NCBI GenBank assembly: GCA_934660865.1
Contig: CAKUIA010000004.1
Coordinates: 1-32,000, forward strand
Length of the DNA stretch: 32,000 nt
Direction: 5' to 3'
DNA from: an uncultured Opitutales bacterium
Lineage (GTDB): Bacteria > Verrucomicrobiota > Verrucomicrobiia > Opitutales > Intestinicryptomonadaceae
In this document: positions 1-8,793 of the stretch, piece after piece
Layout of the letters: each line of letters starts with the position of its first letter
Position numbering within the stretch: the first letter of the stretch is position 1
Position numbers and translations under genes: made by a program
The notes under the pieces: model-generated
What the model saw: the letters and a program-made list of their open reading frames with translations, nothing else
Told to the model about the DNA's origin: nothing
Databases searched by the model: none

Positions 1-28
1 CACGGGAAAATACCCCGTGCATTTTTTT
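1..28 (+). terminator. Putative rho-independent terminator for a + strand gene upstream of the window
   Basis: Inverted repeat CACGGG (1-6) / CCCGTG (14-19) with a 7-nt loop, followed by CA and a T7 run (22-28). Confidence 0.4.
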
Positions 29-49
29 GCGGCAAACCGAATATGCGCT

Positions 50-1966
50 TTAATTTTTCCACCAGTAGTCATCGCTTTTGTAGGCTTTTTTTACGCCGCT
101 TTGCGTTGTTTCGGCGGCCTCTTTGGCGGCATTCTTAACGCTGTCGGCAGCGTCGCAGGCGGCGTCTTTAACGGTTTTCATATTGCCCTTAAAAAGCCTC
201 CAGCCGTGGCGGCGCACAATTTCGCCCTTATACTGTATGTCGCTGTCCGAATAGTTTACAACCGTTTCGCTGCCGTCGGAATAGGTTGTGGCAAACACTT
301 TGCTCTGTATTTGGCGGTGGTCTTCTATTGTGTAGTACTGCAAATACGAAAGCTTTTCGTAGTCTAAATACGCCTCTTTTATGCCGTTTAAATCGCCCTT
401 GTAGTTTGTCCAGTAAAAGGTGGGGCGCCCGCCGCATTCTATAAGCTTTAGCCTATAGTCGTGCCCCTCGGGCAAAAGGTAGGCGTCTATTGTAAGCCAT
501 TCGGGGTTGCTTAAAATATAGCCGTGGTAAACAATCTGCCAAATCGGGTAAACTTCCTTTTCAAGCATGCAGTCTACAACCGTCTTGTTTTTCGCCTTAA
601 GCTCGGCTAAAAGGTTGCTTGTATACAAAGCGTAGTCCAGCACGCTTGCGTCGTGGTCTATGCCCGCTTCCGAGGTAAAGCCGCCGAATGCCTTGCGGTA
701 TTTTTCGGCAATCTTTATGTGGTATTGTCTTTGTATTTCCCTGTTGGCGGGGTGCAGCGGGTTGCAGCATGGGGTGGGCTTGTTTGCGGTAGAAACATCT
801 ACATGCTGCGGCGCGTTAAGCCCCATTGCCTTTAGGCGGGCTATGTCGGAATCTATAATCCTGTCGCATATAACCTGATAGCAGCTGTAATAAGCCTTCC
901 CGCCCGGCCAAACCGTATACACCCTGGGCTCGCCCTTTTTGTTCCACGAAACGTCCTTTTCGCTCCAGCGTTTTGCGCGTTTGTAGTAGTTGTGGTTGTT
1001 TATGTGCGTTGTCATATTATAGCCCAGGCTTTTGCCGTAGCTAATTGCCTCTTTCATCTTCGCTTCGCCGCCAAGCCTTTCCTCTACGGGGAAAAGGTCG
1101 GGGAAATACCCGTCGAAGCCGCCGCTTTGCCAGCCCACAAAACATACGTCGGCCTTCCCTACGCCCAAGTCGTACATCTTGCGCATAATGTCTTTTACCG
1201 AATCGAAAGTGTGCATAATGTTAAGCTCGTGCTTCATTGTATCCCACTTAGGGTCGTTTGCCGAAAAGTTCGACTTTGGCCTTTTGTTGTTGGCCATTTT
1301 TATCCTAACAAAAATCGATTCCACCGTGTTTTTAAGCTGCGGATTGTTTTTTACCCTTTCGCTTAACGGCACAATCTCGCCGCGCGAAACCTGGTAGTCT
1401 CTATACTTTTTGCAAATGCCCACATAGCCGTCGTCGGGAGCGCTTAGCCCGTAAAAATCCACAACCAAATCTTCGTAGGGGTCGAAATCTATGCGCGAAA
1501 TTTCGAAGCGCGGCGCGATTTTATACTCGCCGTTTTTCACGCAAACAACCATGGAATATTCAAGGCTAAGCCCCTTTACTATGGCTATGTACGTTCCCGA
1601 ATTTTTCTTTATGCCGTAAAACTTCATTTCGGGCTGGGGGAAAACGTTGCGGCCGTTGTCGTACTTAAATTTGCCGAGCATTCCCTTGCTTACCGACGGT
1701 ATTATGTAGTAGCCCTTGTCGCCCTTTTGGGCGGTAAAGTCGTCGCTATAAACGAGTATATTCCGGGTGTTTCTGTCTATTTCGGCTATGGGTATTCTAA
1801 GGCGCATTGCGCCGTCTGCCCGCCTTTCAAGCAAAACGCTTTTTGTGTTTGTTTTGCCGTCTAGCATTTCGATTTCCAGCGCGGCCTTTTGCGACAGCGA
1901 AAAACCCAAAACGCAAAACAAAAAATTTACGGCAACTGCAAATATACACCTTTTCATACACGGCAA
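50..1966 (-). CDS. Secreted hypothetical protein, possibly a glycoside-hydrolase-like TIM-barrel protein (family uncertain)
   Basis: 638-aa ORF with a hydrophobic N-terminal signal-like segment (CIFAVAVNFLFCVLGFSLS). The internal segment FVGWQSGGFDGYFPDLFPVEERLGG...HINNHNYY recalls the GWQxxGxD...LGG...HIN pattern of GH101/GH129/DUF5696-type barrels, from memory only. An alternative ATG lies at 1957. Confidence 0.7.
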   Translation of the reverse strand: MPCMKRCIFAVAVNFLFCVLGFSLSQKAALEIEMLDGKTNTKSVLLERRADGAMRLRIPIAEIDRNTRNILVYSDDFTAQKGDKGYYIIPSVSKGMLGKFKYDNGRNVFPQPEMKFYGIKKNSGTYIAIVKGLSLEYSMVVCVKNGEYKIAPRFEISRIDFDPYEDLVVDFYGLSAPDDGYVGICKKYRDYQVSRGEIVPLSERVKNNPQLKNTVESIFVRIKMANNKRPKSNFSANDPKWDTMKHELNIMHTFDSVKDIMRKMYDLGVGKADVCFVGWQSGGFDGYFPDLFPVEERLGGEAKMKEAISYGKSLGYNMTTHINNHNYYKRAKRWSEKDVSWNKKGEPRVYTVWPGGKAYYSCYQVICDRIIDSDIARLKAMGLNAPQHVDVSTANKPTPCCNPLHPANREIQRQYHIKIAEKYRKAFGGFTSEAGIDHDASVLDYALYTSNLLAELKAKNKTVVDCMLEKEVYPIWQIVYHGYILSNPEWLTIDAYLLPEGHDYRLKLIECGGRPTFYWTNYKGDLNGIKEAYLDYEKLSYLQYYTIEDHRQIQSKVFATTYSDGSETVVNYSDSDIQYKGEIVRRHGWRLFKGNMKTVKDAACDAADSVKNAAKEAAETTQSGVKKAYKSDDYWWKN

Positions 1967-2036
1967 AGGCTAGGAGGGAAAAAAACGGCTGTCAAATACA
2001 AAGCTTTTCGGGCAAACCGCCTTGCACCGCAGCGCG

Positions 2037-2513
2037 CTATTTATCCTTTATTATGTCGGCAAGCGAAATGTCCACACACTTCTGCAAATCCGCAAACGCC
2101 GCCTTTACCTGCGCGCCTACTTTGCCCGCGCTAAAATATATTTCGGGAAAATCCGCCGCCGTCTTATGCGCAAAGGTTTTGTAGTGCTTTTTCATGCCAA
2201 CGGGCGAGCACCCGCCGTGGACATAGCCCGTAAGCGGCAGCAATTCCTTCGCCTTAAGCATTTCCATAAACTTTTCGTTTGCCGCAAAGGCCGCCTTTTT
2301 TAAATCCAGCTCTTCGGCGACGGGAACCATAAATACATATATTTTGCCCGTTTTGCCGCGGGCTACCAGGGTCTTGAAAACACATTCGACATTCTCGCCC
2401 AAAATGCCCGCAATTTGCGAGCCCGTCAAGGTTGGGTCGGCATCGTAAAAGAAAAATTGGTAGGCAATCTTCCTCGAGTCTAAAACACGCATTACGTTTG
2501 TCTTTTCGGCCAT
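2037..2513 (-). CDS. ybaK: Cys-tRNA(Pro)/Cys-tRNA(Cys) deacylase, YbaK family
   Basis: 158 aa. N-terminal TNVMRVLDSRKIAY, then KTLV...G and GYVHGGCSPVG, which are typical of the YbaK/EbsC trans-editing domain. Confidence 0.85.
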   Translation of the reverse strand: MAEKTNVMRVLDSRKIAYQFFFYDADPTLTGSQIAGILGENVECVFKTLVARGKTGKIYVFMVPVAEELDLKKAAFAANEKFMEMLKAKELLPLTGYVHGGCSPVGMKKHYKTFAHKTAADFPEIYFSAGKVGAQVKAAFADLQKCVDISLADIIKDK

Positions 2514-2561
2514 ATCGAAAAAAATATTTTACCAAACAAACGCGTTTGCAACACAAAAAAT

Positions 2562-3140
2562 CTACGCCTTTATAGTGGCGTATAAATTCATCATTTCCCT
2601 TCTTGTGTCGGCGTAAAAGTTGTAGTTTTTAACAACATAGGGCAGGTAGTTTGTGCCGCCGTCTAAAACGTATAGCATAAGCCTTGCAATGTATTGGCTG
2701 CTTAAATCCTTCCGTATTTCGCCGCTCTTTTGCCCGTTTTTCACCACAAGCTCGAACTCGGTAAAATATTCGCCGAACATATCCTTTATAACGCCGTAGC
2801 GTCTAAGCGATTGGTAGAAAATGCCGTTGTAGTTTTCCATGGCAATTTTGTCGGTGTCCGAATCTACCAAAAGCTCTTTTTCTATGCTGTGATATACCTT
2901 TATGGTGTGCTTTATAAGCTCCATAACGGTCATTTTTGCGGCATTCTTTTCGTTTAGGCGGTAGCGCAAAAGCAGATAGGTTTTTACCGCGTCTATCAAA
3001 AGCTCTTCCTTGTTCGAAAAATAGTGGTATATGAGCGCGCGCGAAACGCGGGCGGCCTTTTGAATGTCGCTTATGGATATTGCGTCTAGCCCCTTTTCCA
3101 GAACAAGCCTGAAAGTTTGCCTTACAATGTTTTCCCTCAT
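2562..3140 (-). CDS. TetR/AcrR family transcriptional regulator
   Basis: 192 aa. N-terminal HTH ISISDIQKAARVSRALIYHYFSNKEELL is classic TetR_N. The ATG (3138-3140) lies 1 nt after the shc stop (3142-3144), implying co-transcription and translational coupling. Confidence 0.85.
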   Translation of the reverse strand: MRENIVRQTFRLVLEKGLDAISISDIQKAARVSRALIYHYFSNKEELLIDAVKTYLLLRYRLNEKNAAKMTVMELIKHTIKVYHSIEKELLVDSDTDKIAMENYNGIFYQSLRRYGVIKDMFGEYFTEFELVVKNGQKSGEIRKDLSSQYIARLMLYVLDGGTNYLPYVVKNYNFYADTRREMMNLYATIKA

Positions 3141-3141
3141 A

Positions 3142-5148
3142 CTACGCTTCGCTTTCGCACAATTTTTTTGCCCTGCCCAAAGCCTGAATGGGGAAATAGT
3201 GCCTGTACCAATTATAGTTAAGCATAAAGCCCCTCGACAAATCCTTGCCCTGCGGCAGGGTTTTGCCCGCCCTTAAGTCTACCTTAGCGCCCAATCCGTA
3301 GCCGGGAAAGCCCGTGCCCGTGTAGTATGGTTCGTTCCAGGTTCCGTCGTCGGTCTGCGTTTTGTCGAAAAATTCAACCGCCCTTTTTATGTTGGGCAAA
3401 TAGGTTTTGTCGCCGCAGGCTATCAACGCCATTGTAGCCCACGCCGTTTGAGAGGCCGTAGACGGAATGCCCGTGCCCGAATATTTGGGCTCCATATACG
3501 AGGCCACGCTTTCGCCCCAGCCGCCGTCTTTGTTCTGTTTTGAAACGAGCCATTCAACGGCCCTTTTCATGGGGGCAAAATCGGTCGTTTCGCCGCAGGC
3601 CGCCATTGCCATAACCGCCGACCACGTTCCGTAAATATAGTTTACGCCCCACCTGCCGAACCACGAACCGTCGTCTTCCTGCTCGTTGTACAAAAACTCC
3701 AGCGCCCTAACAATTACGGGGTTGTCTTTCTTGTAGCCGCAATACATCAAAGCCTCCACAACGTGGGCGGTAAGGTCTGCGCTCGGGGGGTCTAACACTT
3801 CGCCGAAATCACAGAACGGAATTTTTGTTACGATATTGCGGGTGTTGTCTTTGTCGAAGGCCGCCCAGCCGCCGTTTTTGCACTGCATGCACAAAATCCA
3901 GTCTATGGCGCGTTTAACGGCAGCGTCTATGTCGGCAACAACGGGGTTGCTCGGGCTTGCGGTTTTCTTAAGCTTTTCAAGGGCTATTATTGCAACGGCG
4001 GCGTCGTCTACATCGGGGTAATAAGCATTTGCGCGCTGGAACGCCCAGCCGCTCGGCTTTACAACCTTGCCCACCTTAACGGCCCAGTCGCCGTAGCTGG
4101 AATTTTCCTTCGACAATACATAGCTTAGCGCCTTTTGCAGTTCCTGCGAACTTTCCAAAGTTTCGCCCGCGTCTACAAGGGCCGTTATCGTAAGCAGAGT
4201 GTCCCACACGGGGCTTTCCGAAGCCTGAAGCATTATGGTGTTGTTTTTTTCAACCTTCCAGTGCGCGTCGAAAGCCTCTATTGCCCTTTTCATATTCTCC
4301 TGCTCCTGCGAATAGCCTTCAATGTGCATTGCAATAATCGTGTATATCCACGGTGGCTGTATGCCGCCCCATGCGCCGTCTTCGTCCTGGTGCTCGAGCA
4401 GCCACTCCATTACCCTCTTAATTGCAACCTCCTTTAGAGGGTTTTTCTTTACCTTGCCGTAAAAATGCAAAGCCGAGTCTACCTTCATGAAAATCGAAGC
4501 CCACGAAAATGTTTTTGCGTCGTTTTTAAGAGACAGGTCGTAGGCCGCCCTGCCCTTCGGGTATAGCTCGTCCAAACGCAGGTTTTCGGGCAGGGGTTTT
4601 ACGGGGCGGCGCGCCGTTACAATCGAAAGCGGCAGCATTGTGCACCTTGCCCAGGCGGCAAAGTCGTATATATTAAACGGGCACCACGGCGGCATGAATA
4701 TTATTTCGGGCGGCAGATAGGGGGTGTCTTCCCAGCGCCATTCGCCGAAAAGCGCCAGCCAATATTTTGTAAACACCCTTATGTTGCTTTGCCAGTTGTT
4801 GTCTATAAGCCACTTTGCGGCCTTTTTCATATGCCCGCTGTCGGGGTTTTCGCCCGAAATTCTAAGCGCAAAGTACGATTCAAGCGTTGTGTTTACGTCG
4901 CCCTTTTCCGCGCCGAAATAAACGTCCCAAGCGCCGTCTTCGCGCTGCTTGCTTTTTATGTATTCAAGCACCATGGGTTTTTTGTAGTCGTCGCGGCCGA
5001 TAAAGTCCATCGCCAAAATCCACTGGCTTTCCATGCAGCAGTTTGTCTCTAGCGGGGCGCACCACATACCGTCGGGCGACTGCCTTGCCTTTATCCACTT
5101 AACCGCGTTTTTTAAAACCTGTTCGGAAACTTCTTTTGCGCAATCCAT
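3142..5148 (-). CDS. shc: Squalene-hopene cyclase (class II triterpene cyclase)
   Basis: 668 aa. Carries a DxDD protonation motif (YPDVDDAAVAI) and multiple QW repeats (QREDGAW, QDEDGAWGG, CKNGGWAAF, EQEDDGSWFGRWG, QNKDGGWGES, QTDDGTWNE). Confidence 0.92.
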   Translation of the reverse strand: MDCAKEVSEQVLKNAVKWIKARQSPDGMWCAPLETNCCMESQWILAMDFIGRDDYKKPMVLEYIKSKQREDGAWDVYFGAEKGDVNTTLESYFALRISGENPDSGHMKKAAKWLIDNNWQSNIRVFTKYWLALFGEWRWEDTPYLPPEIIFMPPWCPFNIYDFAAWARCTMLPLSIVTARRPVKPLPENLRLDELYPKGRAAYDLSLKNDAKTFSWASIFMKVDSALHFYGKVKKNPLKEVAIKRVMEWLLEHQDEDGAWGGIQPPWIYTIIAMHIEGYSQEQENMKRAIEAFDAHWKVEKNNTIMLQASESPVWDTLLTITALVDAGETLESSQELQKALSYVLSKENSSYGDWAVKVGKVVKPSGWAFQRANAYYPDVDDAAVAIIALEKLKKTASPSNPVVADIDAAVKRAIDWILCMQCKNGGWAAFDKDNTRNIVTKIPFCDFGEVLDPPSADLTAHVVEALMYCGYKKDNPVIVRALEFLYNEQEDDGSWFGRWGVNYIYGTWSAVMAMAACGETTDFAPMKRAVEWLVSKQNKDGGWGESVASYMEPKYSGTGIPSTASQTAWATMALIACGDKTYLPNIKRAVEFFDKTQTDDGTWNEPYYTGTGFPGYGLGAKVDLRAGKTLPQGKDLSRGFMLNYNWYRHYFPIQALGRAKKLCESEA

Positions 5149-5215
5149 ATAATAAAAATCCTTTAAAATGAAACTTATGGTAAATGCAAAACATACAAAC
5201 TTTTAGGGCAAATAT

Positions 5216-5238
5216 TGTCAACAACAAACTGAACGTTC
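5216..5238 (-). promoter_or_regulatory. Candidate shc-tetR promoter -35 (TTGACA on the - strand, 5216-5221) with an adjacent 8-bp palindrome GAACGTTC (5231-5238) as a possible TetR operator
   Basis: Read directly in the 155-nt gap upstream of shc. The -10 is poor (TTGTAT-like), so this is speculative. Confidence 0.2.
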
Positions 5239-5303
5239 GTTCGGTATATGCCCATAAAACCGTTTGTTTATGCGGTAGCTTGTTTTTAAAATTCCAAAAA
5301 TTT

Positions 5304-6230
5304 TTAATTTTTAAACGCCTGCACGTCCAAAACCGACTCTATTTTATCCTCTATTTCGTCGGGCAAAGCCGAAAAAAAGTCGGTTTTCGAAACCGCCTCG
5401 ACATAGTCTACGCTTTTTGCGTAGCTCCAAAAATTTTCGCTTTCGGGATTTTGCGGAACTACAAAGGCTATGCACTTGTAGCCTCCCTTTTTATCCTTGG
5501 CCAAAACCGCCATATAGCAGGCGCCGGGTATTGCAACCTTGTTTCTTATATAATGCGGCTTTTCGGGCAAAAGGACACCCGCTACAATTATAAGTTTTTC
5601 GAAATTATAGGTGGCGTCTCTCGCCAAAAATATTTCTATGTCGCGCCAAACCTTGCGGTTTAACTGCGGCGTTTGGGGGACGATGTTTGTAAGCAAAAAT
5701 GTTTCAATTTGCGCCGTCTTTCCGAAGCACACACCCACGGCGTAATTCGGCGACAAATGCCCCCTGTCGTAGCCGCTCGAAGAATAGTCGGAGTGTTTCG
5801 GGCAGTTTAATACCCTTCGGTCTTGCTCGAACCTTTGCGGGCGCTCGGCGTTTTTATATTTAAAGGGACGCTGCACCGAATATACCGACCACATAGGGAT
5901 TGCGTATTTTTCGCTAAACCCCGCAATATAGCCCGTGTTTTTAAGAACCTTAACGCTTTCCTTCGATTCGGGCAGATAGTTTGCAATTTCAAATTCGGCA
6001 ACATTTTGGGCTGCGGCCGCGGTATTGTGCGGCCCGCCGTTTTTGTCGAATGCGTTTACAAGCGCAATTTTTACGCTTTGCGCCTTTTCGCATACCGAAT
6101 TGCAAAACTCGTTGTACTGCTTGGGGAAAAGCTGGCCTACAACCCCGACTGCAATGCCAAGCAGCAACACAAACACCGCAAGCTTCGCCTTAGGCGTAAA
6201 GCCCTTTTTTTGCCTTCTTTTGCGCTTCAA
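5304..6230 (-). CDS. Membrane-anchored DNA/RNA non-specific endonuclease (Endonuclease_NS / Serratia NucA family)
   Basis: 308 aa. Basic N-terminus plus a TM helix (KRKRRQKKGFTPKAKLAVFVLLLGIAVGVVG). DRGHLSPN active-site motif with downstream N (LLTNIVPQ). TTG start 3 nt after the upstream gene's stop. Confidence 0.85.
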   Translation of the reverse strand: MKRKRRQKKGFTPKAKLAVFVLLLGIAVGVVGQLFPKQYNEFCNSVCEKAQSVKIALVNAFDKNGGPHNTAAAAQNVAEFEIANYLPESKESVKVLKNTGYIAGFSEKYAIPMWSVYSVQRPFKYKNAERPQRFEQDRRVLNCPKHSDYSSSGYDRGHLSPNYAVGVCFGKTAQIETFLLTNIVPQTPQLNRKVWRDIEIFLARDATYNFEKLIIVAGVLLPEKPHYIRNKVAIPGACYMAVLAKDKKGGYKCIAFVVPQNPESENFWSYAKSVDYVEAVSKTDFFSALPDEIEDKIESVLDVQAFKN

Positions 6231-6233
6231 AAA

Positions 6234-7775
6234 CTAGCCCTCCGTTTTATAGTGCCTTATTCCCGATTTCTCGAAAAACTCCTCGAGGTTTTCTATCTGG
6301 TCGCTTATGAACAAAAGTTTGTCGCCCAGCATAAGGGTTGTGTTTCCCGTAGGCACAAAATATTTGTCGTGCCGCTTTACCATTATTACAAGCGTATTTT
6401 TAGGCAGCTGCATTTTCGCCAAAGTATCCCCGTTTTGCAGCAGCTCGTTTGTAATGTCCAAACTGCACAGAGCCGACTGTATTTCGTCGGGCAGCTCTAT
6501 GTCGAAGTCGCCGCTTTCGTCAGCACTCGGGCTTTTAACCCCCAACAACTTCGCCATGGGAACAACAGTCATTCCCTGAATTATAAGCGAAAGAATTGTT
6601 ATAAAAAACACCGTGTTGAATATGGTTTCTGCCCCCGGAACGTTGGAGGCAAACGGATACGTTGCAAAGATTATGGGAACGGCCCCCCTCAGCCCAACCC
6701 ACGAGGTATACAACCTAGCCCGCGCGGAAAAGCCCCTAAAGGGCGCCATGCAAAGCAGCACGCTTAGGGGGCGCCCCAGCAGCATCATAAAAGTTCCAAC
6801 CAACACGCCGAAGAGCGCAATTTTGCCGAAGCCCGACGGATTTACCAGCAACCCCAAAGTCAGGAACATTACAATCTGCCAAAGCCAGGTAAAGGTTTGG
6901 AAGAATTTTAACCCCCCCTTTTTGTGGGCAAATTTTGAATTGCCCACAATTAAGCCCGACAAATATACCGCCAGGTAGCCGTTGCCTTTGCACAAATCGG
7001 TTGCCGAATATATGAAGAACACGCAGCCGACCATAAGCACGGCGTATAGCGACTGCGAATCGAGCCTGATTTTATGGAACACCCAAATTACGGCCAGCGC
7101 AAAGCCCACGCCCGCCAAAACGCCTACAACAACCTGCACTAAAAACACCCATACCGTTTGCCCAATGCCTATGTCGCCCGACGTTATGTAGGTTATGCAC
7201 GCTATGGTAAGCATGAACGCCATTGGGTCGTTGCTGCCGCTTTCAAGCTCTAAAAGCGGGCGCAAATTTTCGCTAAGCGAAAGCCCCTTGCTCCTTAAAA
7301 CCGAGAATACCGACGCCGAATCGGTAGACGACATAACGCTTGCCAACAAAAGCGACTGCGCATAGCTTAACGATATGTCGTCGAACATATTTGCAACGTA
7401 GTATATAAAAACCGAGGTAAGCAGCGCGGTAAACACAACTCCGAAAAACGCAAGGGCCACCCCCGCCTTTGCAACGGGCTTTATTTCCGAAAGGCGGGTA
7501 TCCATACCGCCGGTAAACAGTATAACGCTAAGGGCCATCATGCCTATAAACTGCGCCTGCTTGTGCGAGCTAAATTCTATTCCGTATCCGTCGCAGCCCA
7601 TAAACATGCCCACAACCAAAAACAGCAGCAGGCTGGGAACGCCGAATTTATAGCCCGCCTTGCTCGCAATTATGCCCAAAAACAGCATAACCGAACCGAG
7701 CAGCATCATATTCTCCAGCGTTAAATTCTCCTTAAGTGAAATGAAATTGCTTATATGCTCTAAAATGTAGCCCAT
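6234..7775 (-). CDS. K+/H+ (monovalent cation/proton) antiporter, CPA1 NhaP2/CvrA-like, with a C-terminal TrkA-C domain
   Basis: 513 aa with about 12 hydrophobic segments, an ESGSNDP motif typical of Na_H_Exchanger, and a soluble C-terminal TrkA-C-like tail (LPKNTLVIMVKRHDKYFVPTGNTTLMLGDKLLFISD). Confidence 0.85.
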   Translation of the reverse strand: MGYILEHISNFISLKENLTLENMMLLGSVMLFLGIIASKAGYKFGVPSLLLFLVVGMFMGCDGYGIEFSSHKQAQFIGMMALSVILFTGGMDTRLSEIKPVAKAGVALAFFGVVFTALLTSVFIYYVANMFDDISLSYAQSLLLASVMSSTDSASVFSVLRSKGLSLSENLRPLLELESGSNDPMAFMLTIACITYITSGDIGIGQTVWVFLVQVVVGVLAGVGFALAVIWVFHKIRLDSQSLYAVLMVGCVFFIYSATDLCKGNGYLAVYLSGLIVGNSKFAHKKGGLKFFQTFTWLWQIVMFLTLGLLVNPSGFGKIALFGVLVGTFMMLLGRPLSVLLCMAPFRGFSARARLYTSWVGLRGAVPIIFATYPFASNVPGAETIFNTVFFITILSLIIQGMTVVPMAKLLGVKSPSADESGDFDIELPDEIQSALCSLDITNELLQNGDTLAKMQLPKNTLVIMVKRHDKYFVPTGNTTLMLGDKLLFISDQIENLEEFFEKSGIRHYKTEG

Positions 7776-7867
7776 TTACCGTTCTTTTTTGCTTGAGGGT
7801 TTTGCGCGTTGCAGCTAGTAATGTATGCAACTTTCACACATTTGTATTATCAACAATAACGGAGTTT

Positions 7868-8722
7868 ATGTTAAAGAAAAAAATGAAAATTATGCTAAAA
7901 ATTATGCTGCTGGCGGCTGTTGTGCTTTCGGGCACGGCTTTCGCGCAAAACGAAAACGTTTTTGTGTTCAACACAAAAAGCCCGTCTATGCAAAAGGACA
8001 TTCCCGCCACAATAGTTTTGCCGGATTCCTACAAAACGCAAAAAGAGCCCTTTGCCGTAATATACCTGCTGCACGGCCACGGCGGCAACCACGCGGGCTG
8101 GGCAAAACACACGCAGCCGCAGCTTCAAAAGCTTGCAACACAGCACAACCTTATTTTTGTATGCCCCGACGGTGCAAACAGCTGGTATTGGGACAGCCCC
8201 ATAGACCCAAAGCTTAAATACGAAACCTACATAACAAAAGAGCTTATCCCGCAAATAGACGCAAAATTCAACACCGTTAAAAACCGCAAGGGCCGCGCCA
8301 TTATAGGCTTTAGCATGGGAGGCCACGGCGCATTGTATTTGGCGATAAACCACCAAGACCTTTTCGGCGCCTGCGGCTCGCTTAGCGGCGGGGTAGACAT
8401 CAGGCCTTTCCCCAACAACTGGCACATGGCAAATTCTCTCGGCGAATATTCAAAAAACAAGGCCGTTTGGGACTCCCACACTGTTATGGAGCAACTCCAT
8501 AAAATCAAGCCCAACTCGCTTGCCATTACAATCGACTGCGGCGTAAAGGACTTTTTCTACAAGGTAAACGAAGAGCTCCACCAAAGGCTTTTATACCTGA
8601 ACATTCCGCACGACTACACCACCAGACCAGGCGCGCACACCCACGAATATTGGGGCAATGCAATACGCTTTCAGACGGTGTTTTTCGACGAATACTTTAA
8701 AAGGCAGAACGTAAAAAAATAG
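7868..8722 (+). CDS. Secreted esterase (putative esterase / esterase D family, alpha/beta hydrolase)
   Basis: The ORF-track TTG at 7793 is trimmed to ATG 7868, which is preceded by GGAG (7861-7864). Signal peptide MLKKKMKIMLKIMLLAAVVLSGTAFA. Motifs LLHGHGGNH and the nucleophile elbow GFSMGGHGA. Confidence 0.8.
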   Translation: MLKKKMKIMLKIMLLAAVVLSGTAFAQNENVFVFNTKSPSMQKDIPATIVLPDSYKTQKEPFAVIYLLHGHGGNHAGWAKHTQPQLQKLATQHNLIFVCPDGANSWYWDSPIDPKLKYETYITKELIPQIDAKFNTVKNRKGRAIIGFSMGGHGALYLAINHQDLFGACGSLSGGVDIRPFPNNWHMANSLGEYSKNKAVWDSHTVMEQLHKIKPNSLAITIDCGVKDFFYKVNEELHQRLLYLNIPHDYTTRPGAHTHEYWGNAIRFQTVFFDEYFKRQNVKK

Positions 8723-8744
8723 CATAATAAAATTTGCAAAAAAC

Positions 8745-8772
8745 AAAAACGCCCCTTCAAGGGCGTTTTTTT
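8745..8772. terminator. Bidirectional rho-independent terminator between convergent genes
   Basis: AAAAACGCCC-CTTCAA-GGGCGTTTTTTT: a GC stem flanked by an A-run and a T-run. Confidence 0.7.
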
Positions 8773-8793
8773 GTCCCGTCAAACGGCGGGCGG

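Noticed and set aside
5823-6767. Long antisense or shadow ORFs: 5823-6767 (+, 314 aa), 21720-22460 (+, 246 aa), 26087-26791 (+, 234 aa), 13624-14256 (-, 210 aa), 17294-18016 (-, 240 aa), and 16137-16787 and 16396-16950 (-).
   Set aside because: Each lies opposite a gene with strong family motifs. The 5823 ORF even spans a junction between two genes. Their translations are Arg/Lys/Phe/Cys-rich low-complexity strings with no motifs. They are typical stop-poor shadow frames, not overlapping genes.
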